DNA from: Octopus sinensis
Lineage: Eukaryota
Direction of reading: 5' to 3'
NCBI RefSeq assembly: GCF_006345805.1
Contig: NC_043002.1
Span: 32,364,001-32,428,000, forward strand
DNA length: 64,000 nucleotides
Shown: positions 48,050-62,420 of the stretch, in pieces
How the letters are laid out: each line of letters starts with the position of its first letter
Position numbering within the stretch: the first letter of the stretch is position 1
Notes under the pieces: model-generated
Seen by the model: only the letters and a program-made list of their open reading frames with translations
Told to the model about the DNA's origin: nothing
The model's database searches: none
Made by a program: the position numbers and the translations under genes

Positions 48050-50335
48050 TACATCCTCAGATGTTCTGCGCAACGCAGCAGCTGAGCAAGAGTCTTTTTT
48101 ATGCATGGCGGAAAGAATTGTCCGGCAGCTAACCTGGCTACACCAAGCACAGAGAGGAAACCCTGCCCACCACTATGCAAGACCACCACAGTCAACAGAC
48201 ACGGGATGGCCTCCCCTAACGCCTGCACAGCCGTCACCCCAATACTTTTACTAAATATTGGGAGCCTGTTGCATCAAAATAGAAACAAAATTTTTTTCCT
48301 GAGCGATACGAGGGGCGTTCAATAAGTAATGCCCCTGACCCACTTCCTATAGCGGTAGAGCAACGACACTTGGCACAGTTATTAGTCTTTTTCTACATAG
48401 GAACTACCCAGAGTTATGCGTTTCTCCCATAGTTTGATACAGCTCTGGAGACCGTTTTTGTAGAAGACCCCAGCTTGGTCCTCCAACCACGACGTGACTT
48501 CAGAAATCAAGGCTGCATCATCTGGGAAAAGCTTTCCTTTCAAAATCAACTTCATGGCTGGGAAGAGGTGAAAATCAGAGGGTGCAAGGGGAGGAGTTCA
48601 TAGGTTCACGCCTGTGCTTCTGATCTGGCGACACGCGAGTTGTGGACCGGAGCGTTGTCCTGCAGGAGGAGGAGGCCTTTGCTGATCTTGCCTCGCCTCT
48701 TGATTTTGATAGCTTCTCTTAATTTCCTCAAAAGTGAAGCATAATAGGCTCCTGTAATTGTGGTACCCTTTGCCAGGAAATCTGTCATCACTACTCCGTC
48801 CTGGTCCCAGAAGACTGTGAGCATAACCTTGTCAGCGGAGGGCTGCACCCTTGCCTTCTTTGGAGGGGGTGAGTCACGGTGCTTTCACTGCATTGACTGG
48901 GCTTTGGTCTATGGATCATAGTGATGGACCCAGGTTTTATCCTGTGTGATCAGTCTTTTGAAAAATTTTGACTCATCTTCTTGGCACATCTCCAAATTCA
49001 TCCTCGAGCACTCAACGCGTTCTTGCTTCTGCAAAGGTGTGAGCAACCTGGAAATCCATCTGGCAGACACCTTTTGCATATGCAAATGGTCATGAATGAT
49101 AGTTTCCACAGACCCGGTACTAATCTTGGCGAATAGTTATGCGTTGACCTTCCAAAATGGCAGCCTCAACTTGACGGACAGACGTCACATCAACGGCAGA
49201 AGGGGGCGACCAGATCTGGGAGCTGTTTCCACAGAGTTCCGACTATGTTTGAATTCACAATGCCAGCGTTTTACGAGGTCATATGATGGGGCATCATCAC
49301 CATAAGTTACTTTCATTTCATCAAAAGTCTCCCGTGGTGTGCGTCCTTTCAAATACAAAAACCAGATCACTGCTCGACACTCAACAGGCTCCATTTCACA
49401 CTTGACTCAGTTCAAATACCTGTAAATCACAATTAGTTCAGAGCTGTAATTCGCCACTTAATCTATAGAGGTATACATAAGTACACATGCAAAATTTCAG
49501 CTAGATCAAACAATTGCAAGTGGGTCAGGGGCATTACTTATTGAACGCCCCTCGTATTACTGCATGCAATCAAGCCCTATGCATAGCACTTGTGGAAACT
49601 CACCTCAACCTTGATATAGAGGACGCAGAAGTACACATACCAAACTATGCCATACTGCGAACAGACAGAAGGGAAAGGAGCCATGGTGGAGTTGCTGTAT
49701 ACATCCGAGATGACCTCACACCCTAGGTCTTGATGACATACTCAAATTCGGTATGTGACACCTTGTATACATAAGACAACATAATATAGTCATATGCAAT
49801 ACATATTGCCCACCGGATGCCCCAAATCACATAGGCAAGTTTGAAGATTGCCTCACAAGAATTGAAGAAATCCTGATGAATCTGGAACACCACGAGACCA
49901 TATTTCTTATGGGTGATTTCAACTTCCCCAACGTCAAATGGCCCGAAGGTCACATACTCTCAGGAATGTATCATTGCAAGCAAGTACAGGTGGAGTCTCT
50001 GATCAGCCTCACCAATGCCTTATTCATGGAGCAAGTTGTACTCAAGCCAACTAGGGCGAATAACATTCTGGATCTCTGCTTCACGAACAATATGGACATC
50101 ATTCATCATGTGAAAGTGACACCGACATCAGTTTCGGATCACAACATAATAGAGCTGCCTATGTTTGGGCCGAAAGTAACCAGAGACATACAGCCTAAAG
50201 GAAGCACCCGAATCTCTCCAATCTGAACTTCCGCAAAGCAGATTGGAAATCGATCCAAAAAGAGATCCTCAGAGAGGACTGGCCGGAATGTCTCTCCACA
50301 CCAGACATTGATAATACATGTACATCATCTCCAAA
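48050..50335 (+). mobile_element. CR1-like LINE 5' part (ORF1 end plus AP endonuclease), split by the mariner
   Basis: LLNIGSL...IALVETHL...GGVAVYIR...MGDFNFP...PTRANNILDLCF...SDHN. Confidence 0.9.
48309..49554 (-). mobile_element. Near full-length mariner (1246 bp), transposase disrupted
   Basis: Perfect 37-bp TIRs cgaggggcgttcaataagtaatgcccctgacccactt, TA duplication at 48307-08 and 49555-56; ITQDKTW, QDNAPVH, APSDFHLF (DD34D-type). Confidence 0.97.
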
Positions 50336-50354
50336 CCTTCCAATTTGTATATAT

Positions 50355-50403
<49 letters not shown>

Positions 50404-50489
50404 GTAATATATATGTATATATATATGTATATATATATAATGGTGTATATATATATTATATTATATATGTATATATATATGTTATATAT

Positions 50490-51045
50490 ACATACAAGAA
50501 AAACATCTCCGGAATTGAGTCACCCCAGAGGGCACTCACTAAACGAATTGAAGGCATGGCTGCTCTCGATTATTGGGATCGCCTTAAAGCCTTGAAACTT
50601 TACTCCCTCCAGCGTCGCCGTGAGCGGTACATCATTTGTACGATGTGGAGAATATACCGCCAACTTTGCCCAAACGACCTAAACATTAGCTTCAAGGTTC
50701 ATCCAAGACTGGGACCACGGGCCATACGTAACCTGCCCAATTCAAGATCACAACATACATGTACACTGCAACATAATTTCTTTTCCTCAACAGGCCCTGC
50801 CCTATTTAACATTGTCCCGAGGGAGATCAAAGAGGAAAAGGATCCCATCAACTTTAAACGGAGTCTGGATAGATTCCTTCAAAGAAAACCAGATAAGCCA
50901 CCCATAATTGGATACAACTCACCCAACAAGAACTCACTACTTGAACAAAACTTGACTTAAACAGGATTCGAATAATCCTATCAGGTGGTGCTATTAAGTT
51001 AGACATGGCCTGGACCAATCTTTGGTCGAAACATATCTAAGTTTT
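50490..51045 (+). mobile_element. CR1-like LINE 3' end
   Basis: YWDRLKALKLYSLQRRRERY...FKRSLDRFL; UTR and short tandem tail. Confidence 0.9.
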
Positions 51046-51053
51046 ATCTAAGT

Positions 51054-51088
<35 letters not shown>

Positions 51089-51111
51089 GTATATATATAT
51101 ATATGTATATA

Positions 51112-51167
<56 letters not shown>

Positions 51168-51499
51168 CGTACATATATATATGTATGTATATGTATTATA
51201 TATGTATATATACATATAATATATATACATATATATATACATATATGAATTGATCAAAATAAAAACATGATGCCAAGGATTCAGCGGTACATATGTTTCG
51301 GGCCTTTATTAGACAGATTTATAACAATGCATAATGTATGTCTGTGGCCTTCTTCAGCCGCGCACAACAGCTTCTACAAGGACATGCGTTACATCAAAAA
51401 TTCTTGGTTGGGGATGCAAATCCTCTCATTCGCGTACGACATAATGCGGCAACAGCATAGAATTGAAGCGTACATCTCTTTCTTCTCTCAATGATATAC

Positions 51500-51544
<45 letters not shown>

Positions 51545-51632
51545 TATGTATATATATATGTATATATATACATTATATATATACAATATATATATGTATA
51601 TATATATGTATATATGTATATATATATATAAC

Positions 51633-51712
<80 letters not shown>

Positions 51713-52069
51713 ATATATGTATATATATATTATATATAGTATATATATATATGTATATATGTATATATATATGTATATATATGTATATATATATATATGT
51801 ATATATATATATGTATATATATATATGTAATATGTAAATATATATATATGTATATTATATATATAATGTATATATATATGTTATATTATATGATATATAT
51901 ATATATGTATATATATTATGTATGTATATATAATATGTATATATATATGTATATATATATGATATATATATACGTATATATATAGTATATATATATGTAT
52001 GTATATATATATATATATGTGTGTATATAATATGTATATGTATATATATATATATGTATGTATATATAT

Positions 52070-54617
52070 AAGCACTCCCGCCTCAACCGCTGACAAAAAA
52101 GCAGCAGAGTCACTTTTCGACTTTACGAATGAGTTTTTCTTGTCCCAACTTGTCCTTGCACCAACAAGACATCAGAACATTTTGGACCTAGTGTTTAGTA
52201 ACCACACTAACACTATACATAACGTTACAGTGGAAAAAAACCCTTCTTTCAGACCATGACATGGTTCTCTGTAACATGAAATTCCACCAGCCGAAAGCTA
52301 ATCCTAGTGACCTTCCTCCAGCCCACCCATTTGACAACATGGATCTCCATAAAGCCAACTGGGATGCAATCAGGAACGAGCTATCAAATGTTGACTGGTC
52401 CTTTACACATACACATCTCCACCAACCATAACACATCTTGGCAGATCTTTGTAGACACCGTCACAGACATATGTGCAAAACACTCCCCACCAAGACCTGT
52501 GAACAAAAAGTGCAGAATCCCCCAAAACAGAAAAACCATTATCAGAAAAATAAAAAAGAACCAAAAAAAATTAACAAACTAAAGTACTGCCAACAGCAAC
52601 ACACACATTCGACGGCTATCGCACTGCTTGAATCCAAAAAATATAACCTCCAACAATGCATGAAGACCCTCATCAATAACCAAAGATCAGCTGAGGAGAA
52701 GTGGGCCATTGAAAAAATCAAACTCAACCCCAAAGTTCTTTTCATTTGCGAGGAAACGCAGGGTCACTGTCTCCACTGTAGGCCCTCTAATTGACGAAAC
52801 TGGCACTCTCCAAGATAATGCCAAATCCATGGCCGAGATACGGCAGAAACAATACTGCTCTGTTTTCAGCAATCCTGATATGGCCGATGGGCTGTATCAG
52901 TGATGTCAACCCCCAACACACTATATCGGACATAACGTTTAGTGCCCCTGATGTCTTAGCGGCGATAAACGAAATAAAACACAATTCAGCAGTAGGCCCC
53001 GATAGGTTCCCTGCTTGTGTCCTGAAGGTGTGTCGACACCAACTTGCATCTCCCCTTGCTAATCTGTGGAGAAACTCACTGGATGCTGGCTATATTCCAA
53101 AATACCTTCTGTCCCAGTCTGTTGTCCCAGTTTTCAAAAAGGGAAACAAGTCCCTTGCAGTGAATTACCGTCCGATCTCACTCACCTCTCATATCATCAA
53201 GGTATTTGAGAGGGTGGTGAGATCTCGAATAACCCAATTTCTGGAAAGCAACAGACGCTGATCTCCAACCAACATGGGTTCGTAATGGAAGGGACTGCCT
53301 AACGCAGCTCCTGCATCACTTTGAGGACATTTTGAGAGCTTTGGGAGAGGGCTCCAACACCGATGTCATCTACCTTGATTTCAGTAAGGCCTTCGACAGG
53401 GTCGATCACAAGGTCCTATTGAAAAAACTATCCAACATTGGTGTCTCTGGAAAGTTACTGAAATGGATTAAGTGTTTCCTGACAGACAGATCTCAACATG
53501 TTGTAGTTGAAGGGGTAAAATCAAGCCCAGCCAAAGTCAGTAGTGGCGTTCCGCAAGGCACTGTGCTGGGCCCACTTCTTTTCATCATTTACATTAATGA
53601 CATTAATGACATCATCAAGCACAGCAACATAAAAATCTTTGCAGATGACTCCAAGCTACAGAAGGTCATAAATGAGGCGAGTGACCGGACATGCCTTCAG
53701 TCAGATCTACTGGCTGTTATCCAATGGGCAGAAAAAAACAATATGCTGCTGAACGAGGATAAATTTGAGCTAATCCACTTTGGAAAAGAGGATGCCCTGA
53801 AACTCCCATACTCCCTTCCTTCAGGTGAAACTCTCGCGGCGTCCAACAACATCAGAGACTTGGGAGTAATTGTGGACAACAACGTAAGCTGGGCCACTCA
53901 TATAAACACCAAAGTTGACATGGCCCGCAGAATGTGTTCCTGGATTCTCAGAACTTTCCAGTCGAGAGATATCCACACCATTATCCTTCTCTTCTCCACT
54001 TTTGCCCGACCCCACCTTGAATACTGTTGTCCACTGTGGTCTCCCCACACAATACAAGGTATCATAAAAGTTGAAGCACCTCAAAGGGCAATCACAAAAA
54101 AGATAGATGGCATGACAGGCCTCGACTATTGGGGTCGACTAGAAAAGCTAAAACTCTATTCTCTCCAACGTCGTCGTGAGCGCTACATCATCTGCATGAT
54201 GTGGAAAATATTCCATCAGCATTGCCCAAATGATGTTGGCATCACCTTTAAGGTACATCCAAGGCTTGGGCCCCGTGCCATCCGCCCAAAACAAAAATCG
54301 CACTCTCATCTCATAACAACAATACGGCACAATTATTTCACCTCAATTGGCCCCGCTCTCTTTAACATTACACCAAAACACATTAAAACAGAAACTGACC
54401 CTATAGGGTTCAAGAAGTCTTTGGACAGATTCCTTCAAGAAATCCCGGATAAACCCCCTACACCCGGATATGTCTCTGTAAACAATAACTCTCTACTTGA
54501 GTGGGCCATAGTGCCCAAATTCTGACTTGAAAGACTTCACCAGGTGGTGCTATTAAGTTAGACATGGCCTGGGCCAATAATGGCCGAAACCTATCAAAGT
54601 ATCAAAGTATCAAAGTA
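52070..54617 (+). mobile_element. CR1-like LINE, 5'-truncated ORF2 with frameshifts
   Basis: YRPISLTSH, YLDFSKAFDRV, SGVPQGTVLGPLLF, FADD; (atcaaagt)x3 tail. Confidence 0.97.
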
Positions 54618-54779
54618 TATATATATATATATATATATATACACTTTTTTTCTAGTTTCAGCTCAGAGCTGCGGCCATGCTGATGCACTGCCGTTTTGTG
54701 CTACACTGTTATTGCGTCGAACCTCGTCTAATATGTGGCACTTGGTGAAGAATGGAGTTTGATACAGCTACTCTCATTT

Positions 54780-56745
54780 GCACCTCTTGCCGTGAGGTAA
54801 GTTCCTCAGACTCTTTGGAAGAATATCAAAAAGCTGTGGGCCCTTGAAACCCAGGCTGTTGCAGAAGCTGGTCCTGAAGCGCGATAGCATTGCTGGGATC
54901 TTTGACACTATGCAGTGTCGTCCCGTTCTAGCATTGATGTAGCTTACAATGCCAAAATTTGGCACAATTCCTTCCATGATCTTCCAGACATATATTACTG
55001 CATACCTCTCCCGTCTTCTCTCCAGGGAGTACAGTCTTAGCTGTTTCAACCTTTCCCAGTAGCTGAGCTGTTGCAAAGAGACGAACTTCTTTGCGAATCT
55101 TCTCTGGATTGCTTCAAGGTCCGCTGTTAATTTTACACTGGTTGGTGACCATAGCTGTGAGCAGTAATCCAGGCGACTGAAGACGAATGTCCGACAGAGG
55201 ACCATCATGGTTTCCTTATCTCTGGTTCTGAATGTTCTTAGGATCCACCCAGCAATTCGTCTGCACTTTGTCGCCATCCTGGTAATGTGCACTTGGAAAG
55301 AGGTATCATCACTCATGTCGATACCCAGGTCCCTCACAGACTTAGGCTCTGGGATTGAAATTCCCTGTGGACCGATGTATCCTGTAAGTTTAATATTCAG
55401 TTTTGGATGCTGGTAGCGCAGGGCCTGGAATTTTTCAGCATTAAACTGCATATTATTATGCTCAGCCCATCTGTAGATTGAGTCCAACTCCTGCTGCAGG
55501 TGTGCAACATCGCTGGGGTTCTGTATTTTCTGCGAGACTTTCGTATCGTCTGCATAGCTGGCCAGAGTGGCTATCCGGGAATTTGAGGGCATATCTGAGA
55601 GGGCCACTATAAAAAGCAGTGGTCCCAAGACAGTGCCCTGTGGAACACCGCTCACTATTTGTGTGTTCATAGAGGTGGCTCCATTAACCACTACTGCCTG
55701 ACTCCTATCTTTCAGGAAGTCATGCAACCACACTCCAAGTTTTCCAGCTATGCCGAGGTCACGTAGTTTGTGGCATATCATACCATGATCCACCTTGTCA
55801 AAAGCTTTTGCAAAATCAAGGTAGATTACGTCCACATTTGATTTGTTGAGTAACTGCCTCAACACCCAGTCATAATGCTGTAAGAGCTGGGTCAGGCAGC
55901 TCCTACCTGGTCGAAAACCATGCTGGGTATTACTCAGCAAGTTATTTTCCTCAAGGAATACGATTAGTTTCTTTCTGACTATCCACTGATGTGTGAAGTC
56001 AGAGAGATAGGCCTATAGTTTTTGGCATCTGCTCTACTTCCCCCTTTATGTATTGGGCATATTATTCCCTCCTTCAGCTTGCTTGGCAGTTTGCCATTCG
56101 CAAGAAAGCTCTGGAAGAGAATCTTGAGGGGTTTTGCCAGGGCATGCTTACACGCTTTGAGGAGGATGGCTGGGAAACCGTCTGGACCAGCAGCTGAGTT
56201 TGTGTCCACTTCATCTATGGCTAGTAGGGCATCTTTTTCGCTAATGTCAATACATTCTATTGTAACCGCCTCGCTGGTTATAGGTGAGGCGGCAAAGAAG
56301 TCCACTGGTTCGTTCACTTGTCTGTGTTCCAACGGGGTGGTAAAGACACTTTTGAACTGGTCATTCAGCATCTCACTGATCATAGTTGGACAGTCTGTGA
56401 GGGAGTCATCCTTTTGGAGGAGGGGTCCTATCTTGTAGTGCACTGAGACTGTTTCTTTTGCGTAATGAAAGAAGGCCTTTGGGTTTGATTTAATGTTTTT
56501 TATAACCCAGGCTTCTTTGTCTGCTTTCTCCTTCACATAGGATTGTTGCAGCCTTTTTTCGATCTCCATCGGTGTTGTTTTTAGGCGGGACGTTTCGCTA
56601 CTTTTGGGATGTTGGTTGAGACGATTTGCAACCTTCGTCCGTCGTCTCATGAGGATCTTCCTGTCTCTTGGAATCTTGCTCCTATTTGTTTTGGCCTTGT
56701 GCTCTGGGACATATTTCTGGCATACGGCTTGCATAGAAGACATGA
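54780..56745 (-). mobile_element. CR1-like LINE of a second subfamily, truncated at both ends
   Basis: GPDGFP, YRPISLTSH, YLDFAKAFDKV, YADD, YSLERRRERY. Confidence 0.96.
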
Positions 56746-57099
56746 AACATTATTTCCTTCTTCTTCCCTCTCCCTTCCCCTCTTTCTCTTTAGCACTCAC
56801 CTCAGATACAAACACACACACACACACACACATACACATACACACATATTCTCTCTCTCACTTTCTCCTCATCCATCTCATCCTCTTGTGCTGTCTTACA
56901 TTCCTCCCCATCACTACGAAACTCTATAAAATGATTAAAATTCCCCACAAAGGAACTTAGTTTGATTTGAAAACCCCACTGGAATGGGAGAAAGGGCTAA
57001 TGATCTAAGTGATATGATATATATATAAAAAAGTAATATATAAATAAATATCTGTAAATATAAACCATCCGATCTTCTGATTACCTCATTTCTTCTAAT

Positions 57100-57213
<114 letters not shown>

Positions 57214-57239
57214 TCTATATCTATATATAATTACATTAT

Positions 57240-57770
57240 ATAAAAGGGCTTAGTAAAATAAATTACTTTGCCGCATACTGAACTCATTAGAAATAGCAGC
57301 TAAAAAATCTTTTTTAAAACTATTTCCAATACTTAAAGAAAACCTCTCTCATATTGTTTGCTCAATTCAACTCACGAAAGTATGGGGGTAGAGACATTAA
57401 AAAATCAAATGCAAAGGTTATTTGAGACGTACGTTTCAGATTAGTCAAAATCGACACTTCTATCATCAGCTCAGAACTCCCTGGTTTGGATTTGAAAACA
57501 CTGAAAGTGGGAGCATACCCTTTCGGCTTGTTATCGCTTCTGAAGATCTGCTCGAAACTAACAGTGCCAACAAACTCAAATATGCAAGCGAAGAATTTCT
57601 GCTCTCCCCTTTCCACCAGCGTGGGTTAAAATCAGCAAACACTATGCTTTTTTCGGTAAAATCCCTTTTATATAATGTAATAATTTGAATTCGCCTTAAA
57701 TGGTCCCTTTGCATACTGAATACTTGGTGAAATTGATTAATTAATTAATTTTACCCTCAATTGTTGAAAT
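57240..57770. mobile_element. Penelope-associated repeat with inverted terminus
   Basis: Same family as 25760-26255; ends in aattaattaattttaccc. Confidence 0.5.
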
Positions 57771-57866
57771 TATATCTATATATATATATATATATATATA
57801 TTACATATATATACATATATATATCTATATATATATATATACATACATATTATATATATATACATA

Positions 57867-57922
<56 letters not shown>

Positions 57923-58735
57923 ATACATATAGGAATCAGTGTGCAATGTTCTATTAAAAAGGAAAACTATAAGTGTCACTAAATATGACTAGGGTGCTAG
58001 AAATAAGAGCTAAAATGTTCTAATATTGTAGTCAAAGCACATAATTGTAGAAATATAATCGTCCGAAAGCACCAGTCAAGAATTACTTGTAACGACCGGT
58101 CAGTTTCAGCAATTTCCATTACCTCATCAGTGAGGACTGGGTCGACTTCGACAGTTTCAGGCCTGAATTCTCTGTCAGTATATGTTTTTACAATAAAAAT
58201 CAATGGATGATTTAGCAAATCACTGATGTCTATACAAAAATATTAATATCGACAGCAGCATGCAATGTTTTGCCAAAAAGGTAAGCTGTGATTGTTACTG
58301 AAGATTACTTAGATATTAGAAGCACTTACATACTAGAAATAAGAACTAAAATGTTCTAATGTAATCAAATAATTGCATATAAATGCATATATATATATAT
58401 TACGTACATACATGCATATATGTGGTAACATCGTAGATTTCGTCATGGTATATGCTTGGCTGATGAAAATAGAATAAAATATGGGTGGCAGACATATCTT
58501 GTAAAATCTGAAACCTGCAGGTCGCACATTATCCTTTTCCGGGTATTTCATCTTTCAGATGTTCTCCCTGGAGGTAAGACGTTTTTCTCTAGTTTGTTGC
58601 ATATACGCATTTTTACTAATAATACGCGGTGAAGCTATACATTAGCGTCGTATTTTTACGTTCGCTATTTCCAGTAAATATCGGTACTTAGTTGTGCCAT
58701 TTATTTACTACTTTGTGTGTATATATATATTATAT

Positions 58736-58779
<44 letters not shown>

Positions 58780-58783
<4 letters not shown>

Positions 58784-59705
58784 GCTGTCTGGTAAGTTCG
58801 TGCCAATTTATAGTAGCTTACCTTTCGACTTATTTTAGAACGTGGTTGAATCCATAAAATAGGATTTGACTACACCTCCATTTAAAGCACAGTTTAAACT
58901 ATCTTTTCGTGGAAGAAGGTTTATGTTCCTATAACCTGTGTTAATGCTGTAACCCTTTAAAATGGAAGATAAGGAATTCATTTTCGGCACTTAATGCTTT
59001 TCTTTTTCCGTAAAGGGAAAATGCCTCACAAGCAAAAAAATATGCGCAGTTTACGGTGATCTTTCTTTATTCGAAAGAACTCTACGGAAGTGGTTCGCAA
59101 GGTTCCGAGCTGGAGATTGTAGCCTTATTGATAAACAGCGATCAGGCAGACCACCCACTACAGATGATGACCAAATCGTCATTAATTGAGAATAACCCAC
59201 ATTGCACAACCCGAGAATTGGCAGAAAGCCTCGACCTATCAAAATCCGTCATTCATGAGTACCTTGCAAAGCTTGGGTACACAAATCGTAACCATGTTTG
59301 GGTACCAGTGAGAAGAACCACTTGGGTCGCATTTTCATCTGTGATTCGCCTTGTAAACGGAATGAAAACGCCCCTTATTTAAAAACAAATTGTGATGGGT
59401 GATGAGAAACGGATTATCTACCGAAATGTTCAGAGAAAGTCATCCTGGAGTAAGCGATATGAGTCACCCTTAGCCACCCCAAAAGCGGATCTTCACCCTA
59501 TAATAGTCTTGCTTTGTGTCTGGTGGGATTGGAAAGGAATTCTGTACTATGAGCTTCTCCCAAGTAACCAGACAATTAATTCTGAGAAATACTGCACACA
59601 ACTGGACGGGTTAAAAGCAGCAATACAAAAGAAACGTCCAGAATTGGCCAACAGGAAAGATGCTGGTTTCCAATATGATAATGCAAGACCGCACGTTTCT
59701 TTGGG
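58780..59705 (+). mobile_element. 3'-truncated mariner inserted in (TA)n
   Basis: Left TIR ttgggctgtctggtaagttcgtgccaattt (related to the 19397 element); GDEKR, CVWWDWKG, YDNARPHV. Confidence 0.92.
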
Positions 59706-60089
59706 AAACCATGTTAATTGATGGACTGAGAATAGTGGCAAAGCGGGTGACTTAAATGAAATTCGAGTACAGATGTCCAAGATAATGTTAAAGTATAAAT
59801 TACTCCTAGCATTAAATAATGTTCAGTTAATGTCGTTGATATATGCAATGAAATTTGGGTAGAATACTCACCACACCAGAATTACCTGTTTTTACATATA
59901 ATTTGAAGTCAAACACTAAATTGCTTTGAACTTTAACTACTTAATCTCTTACCACTAGGCATTTATTTAAGACTATTGTTTGTAGGTATAAGACTAGAGA
60001 AGTTTCAGAATTTTTCCGATAAATATTGCTGACACTTTTATGGAGGTATACCAAGGAAGCGAATTCTGCTTCTAAAGGTATGTGCTTCC

Positions 60090-60720
60090 AGCAGCAATCC
60101 TCCACTGCCATGGATTGACATTCAATCCAAAGGTTTCACATAGACATCTGAATTGAGCCTAAACTATGTTCAAAGAAGTCTGGCGACTTAACGTCACCTA
60201 CACGGAAGACGCACTAAAAGTCCCTCACAGTTTAGACGAAATTTGTTTTTGTGACACGTACTGTATCACATGGTTTGTAGGCAAGCCTTTTTTCTGGGAG
60301 TTGTGCAACTTGTCCCGACAAAATTTCTTTTGCATCATAGGAGACCCAGATCATCTACCACTTAATAGGATGCCTCAGCTTGGTCTAGCTTTCGACAAGC
60401 GGTTCCTTTAGGCCATCTGTATTAGTCAGTTGCACGTAGCCAGCTACACCGTGGCAACTTCAACACCCATCTCAACTCGACACATACCAGGCTCCAAGGC
60501 TCAGATCAACGCTTTCCGTGCCGTGTCCCTTCCTGATGACCTCGTTATCGTAGTTTCCACAGCAGTTGTCTATGTTACGACTTACAGCCTTTGCATTGTT
60601 CCCAAAGCATAGAGCAGCAATCATGATGTAATTTTGGAACCCGAAGCGAATCATCACGAAACAGGTCAGACCTATGTGTCAGCTATGTTTTTCCCAACTA
60701 CAATTTTAGTTTTTATACTC
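60090..60720 (-). mobile_element. Decayed RTE-like LINE 3' fragment
   Basis: DNEVIRK...AGYV...DDL remnants. Confidence 0.5.
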
Positions 60721-60989
60721 TCCAATGTCTTTGGCTGTTCACTAATACGTAAAACTATTCCTTAAAAAGGGAAACATAAAAATATCATCAGAATTTGTAC
60801 GAATACCTGGTATATATATATATATGTAAATTGCTAAACACTGATGCTGATCGCAGTTTAATCAATAAGCGTAGAAGCGAGGTAGAGCAATATAAATAGA
60901 GTGCGGGCAGTGGGACCAGTGGGGCCCTTCAAAATTTGAACCGCTTTACGATACTCCCTGTATTCTTCAGTTTTTGGGTGAATCACGCC

Positions 60990-61560
60990 AATAGCGTCTC
61001 TCCCCTCTAAGAACAAATGGGCGTGGCAAAGGTCTTAACGATGAAGAAGAGTCTGTTATCATCAAGGAAAATGTTAAAGGCACCTCTCTTCATGTCATTG
61101 CGGTGAAGATAGGTCGTGATGTGAACACGGTTAGACGATTCCTGAAGGATCTTTCGCCAAGGAAGAAAGACTGTGTTAGCTAGGGCTTTAAGGAATATTG
61201 GCTGCAAGTTACGTGAGAAACCTGGACAAACCAGCAAAGCCATTTTCACCACTTCCGGGCTTCCTCATGCACTGAAAACCATCAGAAATCGCATCCTCGG
61301 GACCATGGCTTCCGAGCGAGAAACCCTGAAACTGCCTCCTTTAACGTTCCGCCACAGGAGTTTGAGATGTCAATGCGCCCAAAAGTACATGACATTAGAC
61401 GTGAGTTGTGTTTTGTTCACTGACGAAACCAGGGCGGCCCTTGACTGACCTGGCGGTTGAGGAAATGGTTGCGTCTATTTTGGAGATGAGCGTCACCAAC
61501 GTTTACGACGTCAGCAGCAGGGTGGAGGAGTCATGTTGTTGGCTGGGTAGAGGAGTCATG
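60990..61560 (+). mobile_element. Tc1-like transposase fragment
   Basis: MGRGKGL...IAVKIGRDVNTVRRFL helix-turn-helix, VLFTDETR, GGGVML. Confidence 0.85.
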
Positions 61561-61699
61561 TTGTAGACTGTCCACTACCATTGTACACTTCCGAACTGCT
61601 GTTCTCTAAATGATAGCTCGCTGGAAATTGAACTTGTAAACAAAGCCAAACTATTGTTGCAAACAGAATGAAAGTGAAGCGAAGCAAGCTGATATATTG

Positions 61700-62420
61700 A
61701 TATAAAATATTAACATAATCTTAGTATTAAATATGTTACAGCAATGGGCATACATACCCAAATGCGCATCAAACGATTTTGTTTTTTCATAACTTCTAGA
61801 AAATGGGTATTTTTAATGAAATTTTCAACAAGTATGCTTCACATGGTGCAAGCTCCGATTGTATCTGAGTTTGTTGTGAAAATATTGTACTCGTGGGAAG
61901 TTGGGTATAGTTGCCTCCCCGATATAAGGTCAATAATACTGAATCATAATAAAAATAAGTGCCCCAGTAATTCCCTTGAAAAACACTGACACAGTAAATC
62001 TAAATATAGCTGTCTGGAAATAGAACTTCTCTGCAAGGCAAAAATCATGAACTCCAAAGGAGTAACAAAGACATATCGGAATGACGGGCGACTCGTTCAA
62101 GGAAAGATACACACAAATTCTGGCGTCATTCAGGGACAAAATAAAGGACTTGCCACATCCTTATCCAATATGATATGTGAATTGAAAAACAGGATGAGTA
62201 AGCAACCCCCAGATAACATGGAGTATTCTTGCTAGAACTAGAAAATATAAGAGACGTGGTACGAAATGTGAACTTTGTATTACTGAAAAGCTACATATCA
62301 TCCAGTCTAAAGGTAACATCTGAAACATTATGAGTGAAACCTTCTCGCCTTACATTCACAAACAATATTTTACATTCCAGCATTTCAATAAGGTAGTACG
62401 ACACACGCACCCGATCCTAC
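61700..62420 (+). mobile_element. Penelope-like element fragment (GIY-YIG)
   Basis: GYSCLPDIRSIILNHNK, frameshifted YIGMT, LSNMICELK, CELCITEK. Confidence 0.75.

Noticed and set aside
53332-55940. Host genes for the 397-aa and 388-aa ORFs
   Set aside because: Both are CR1-like reverse transcriptases within frameshifted LINE copies
58040-58210. Fibronectin-III-like reading (TVSGLNSLSVYVFTI) on the + strand
   Set aside because: Lacks the conserved Trp/Pro pattern and splice sites; short chance match
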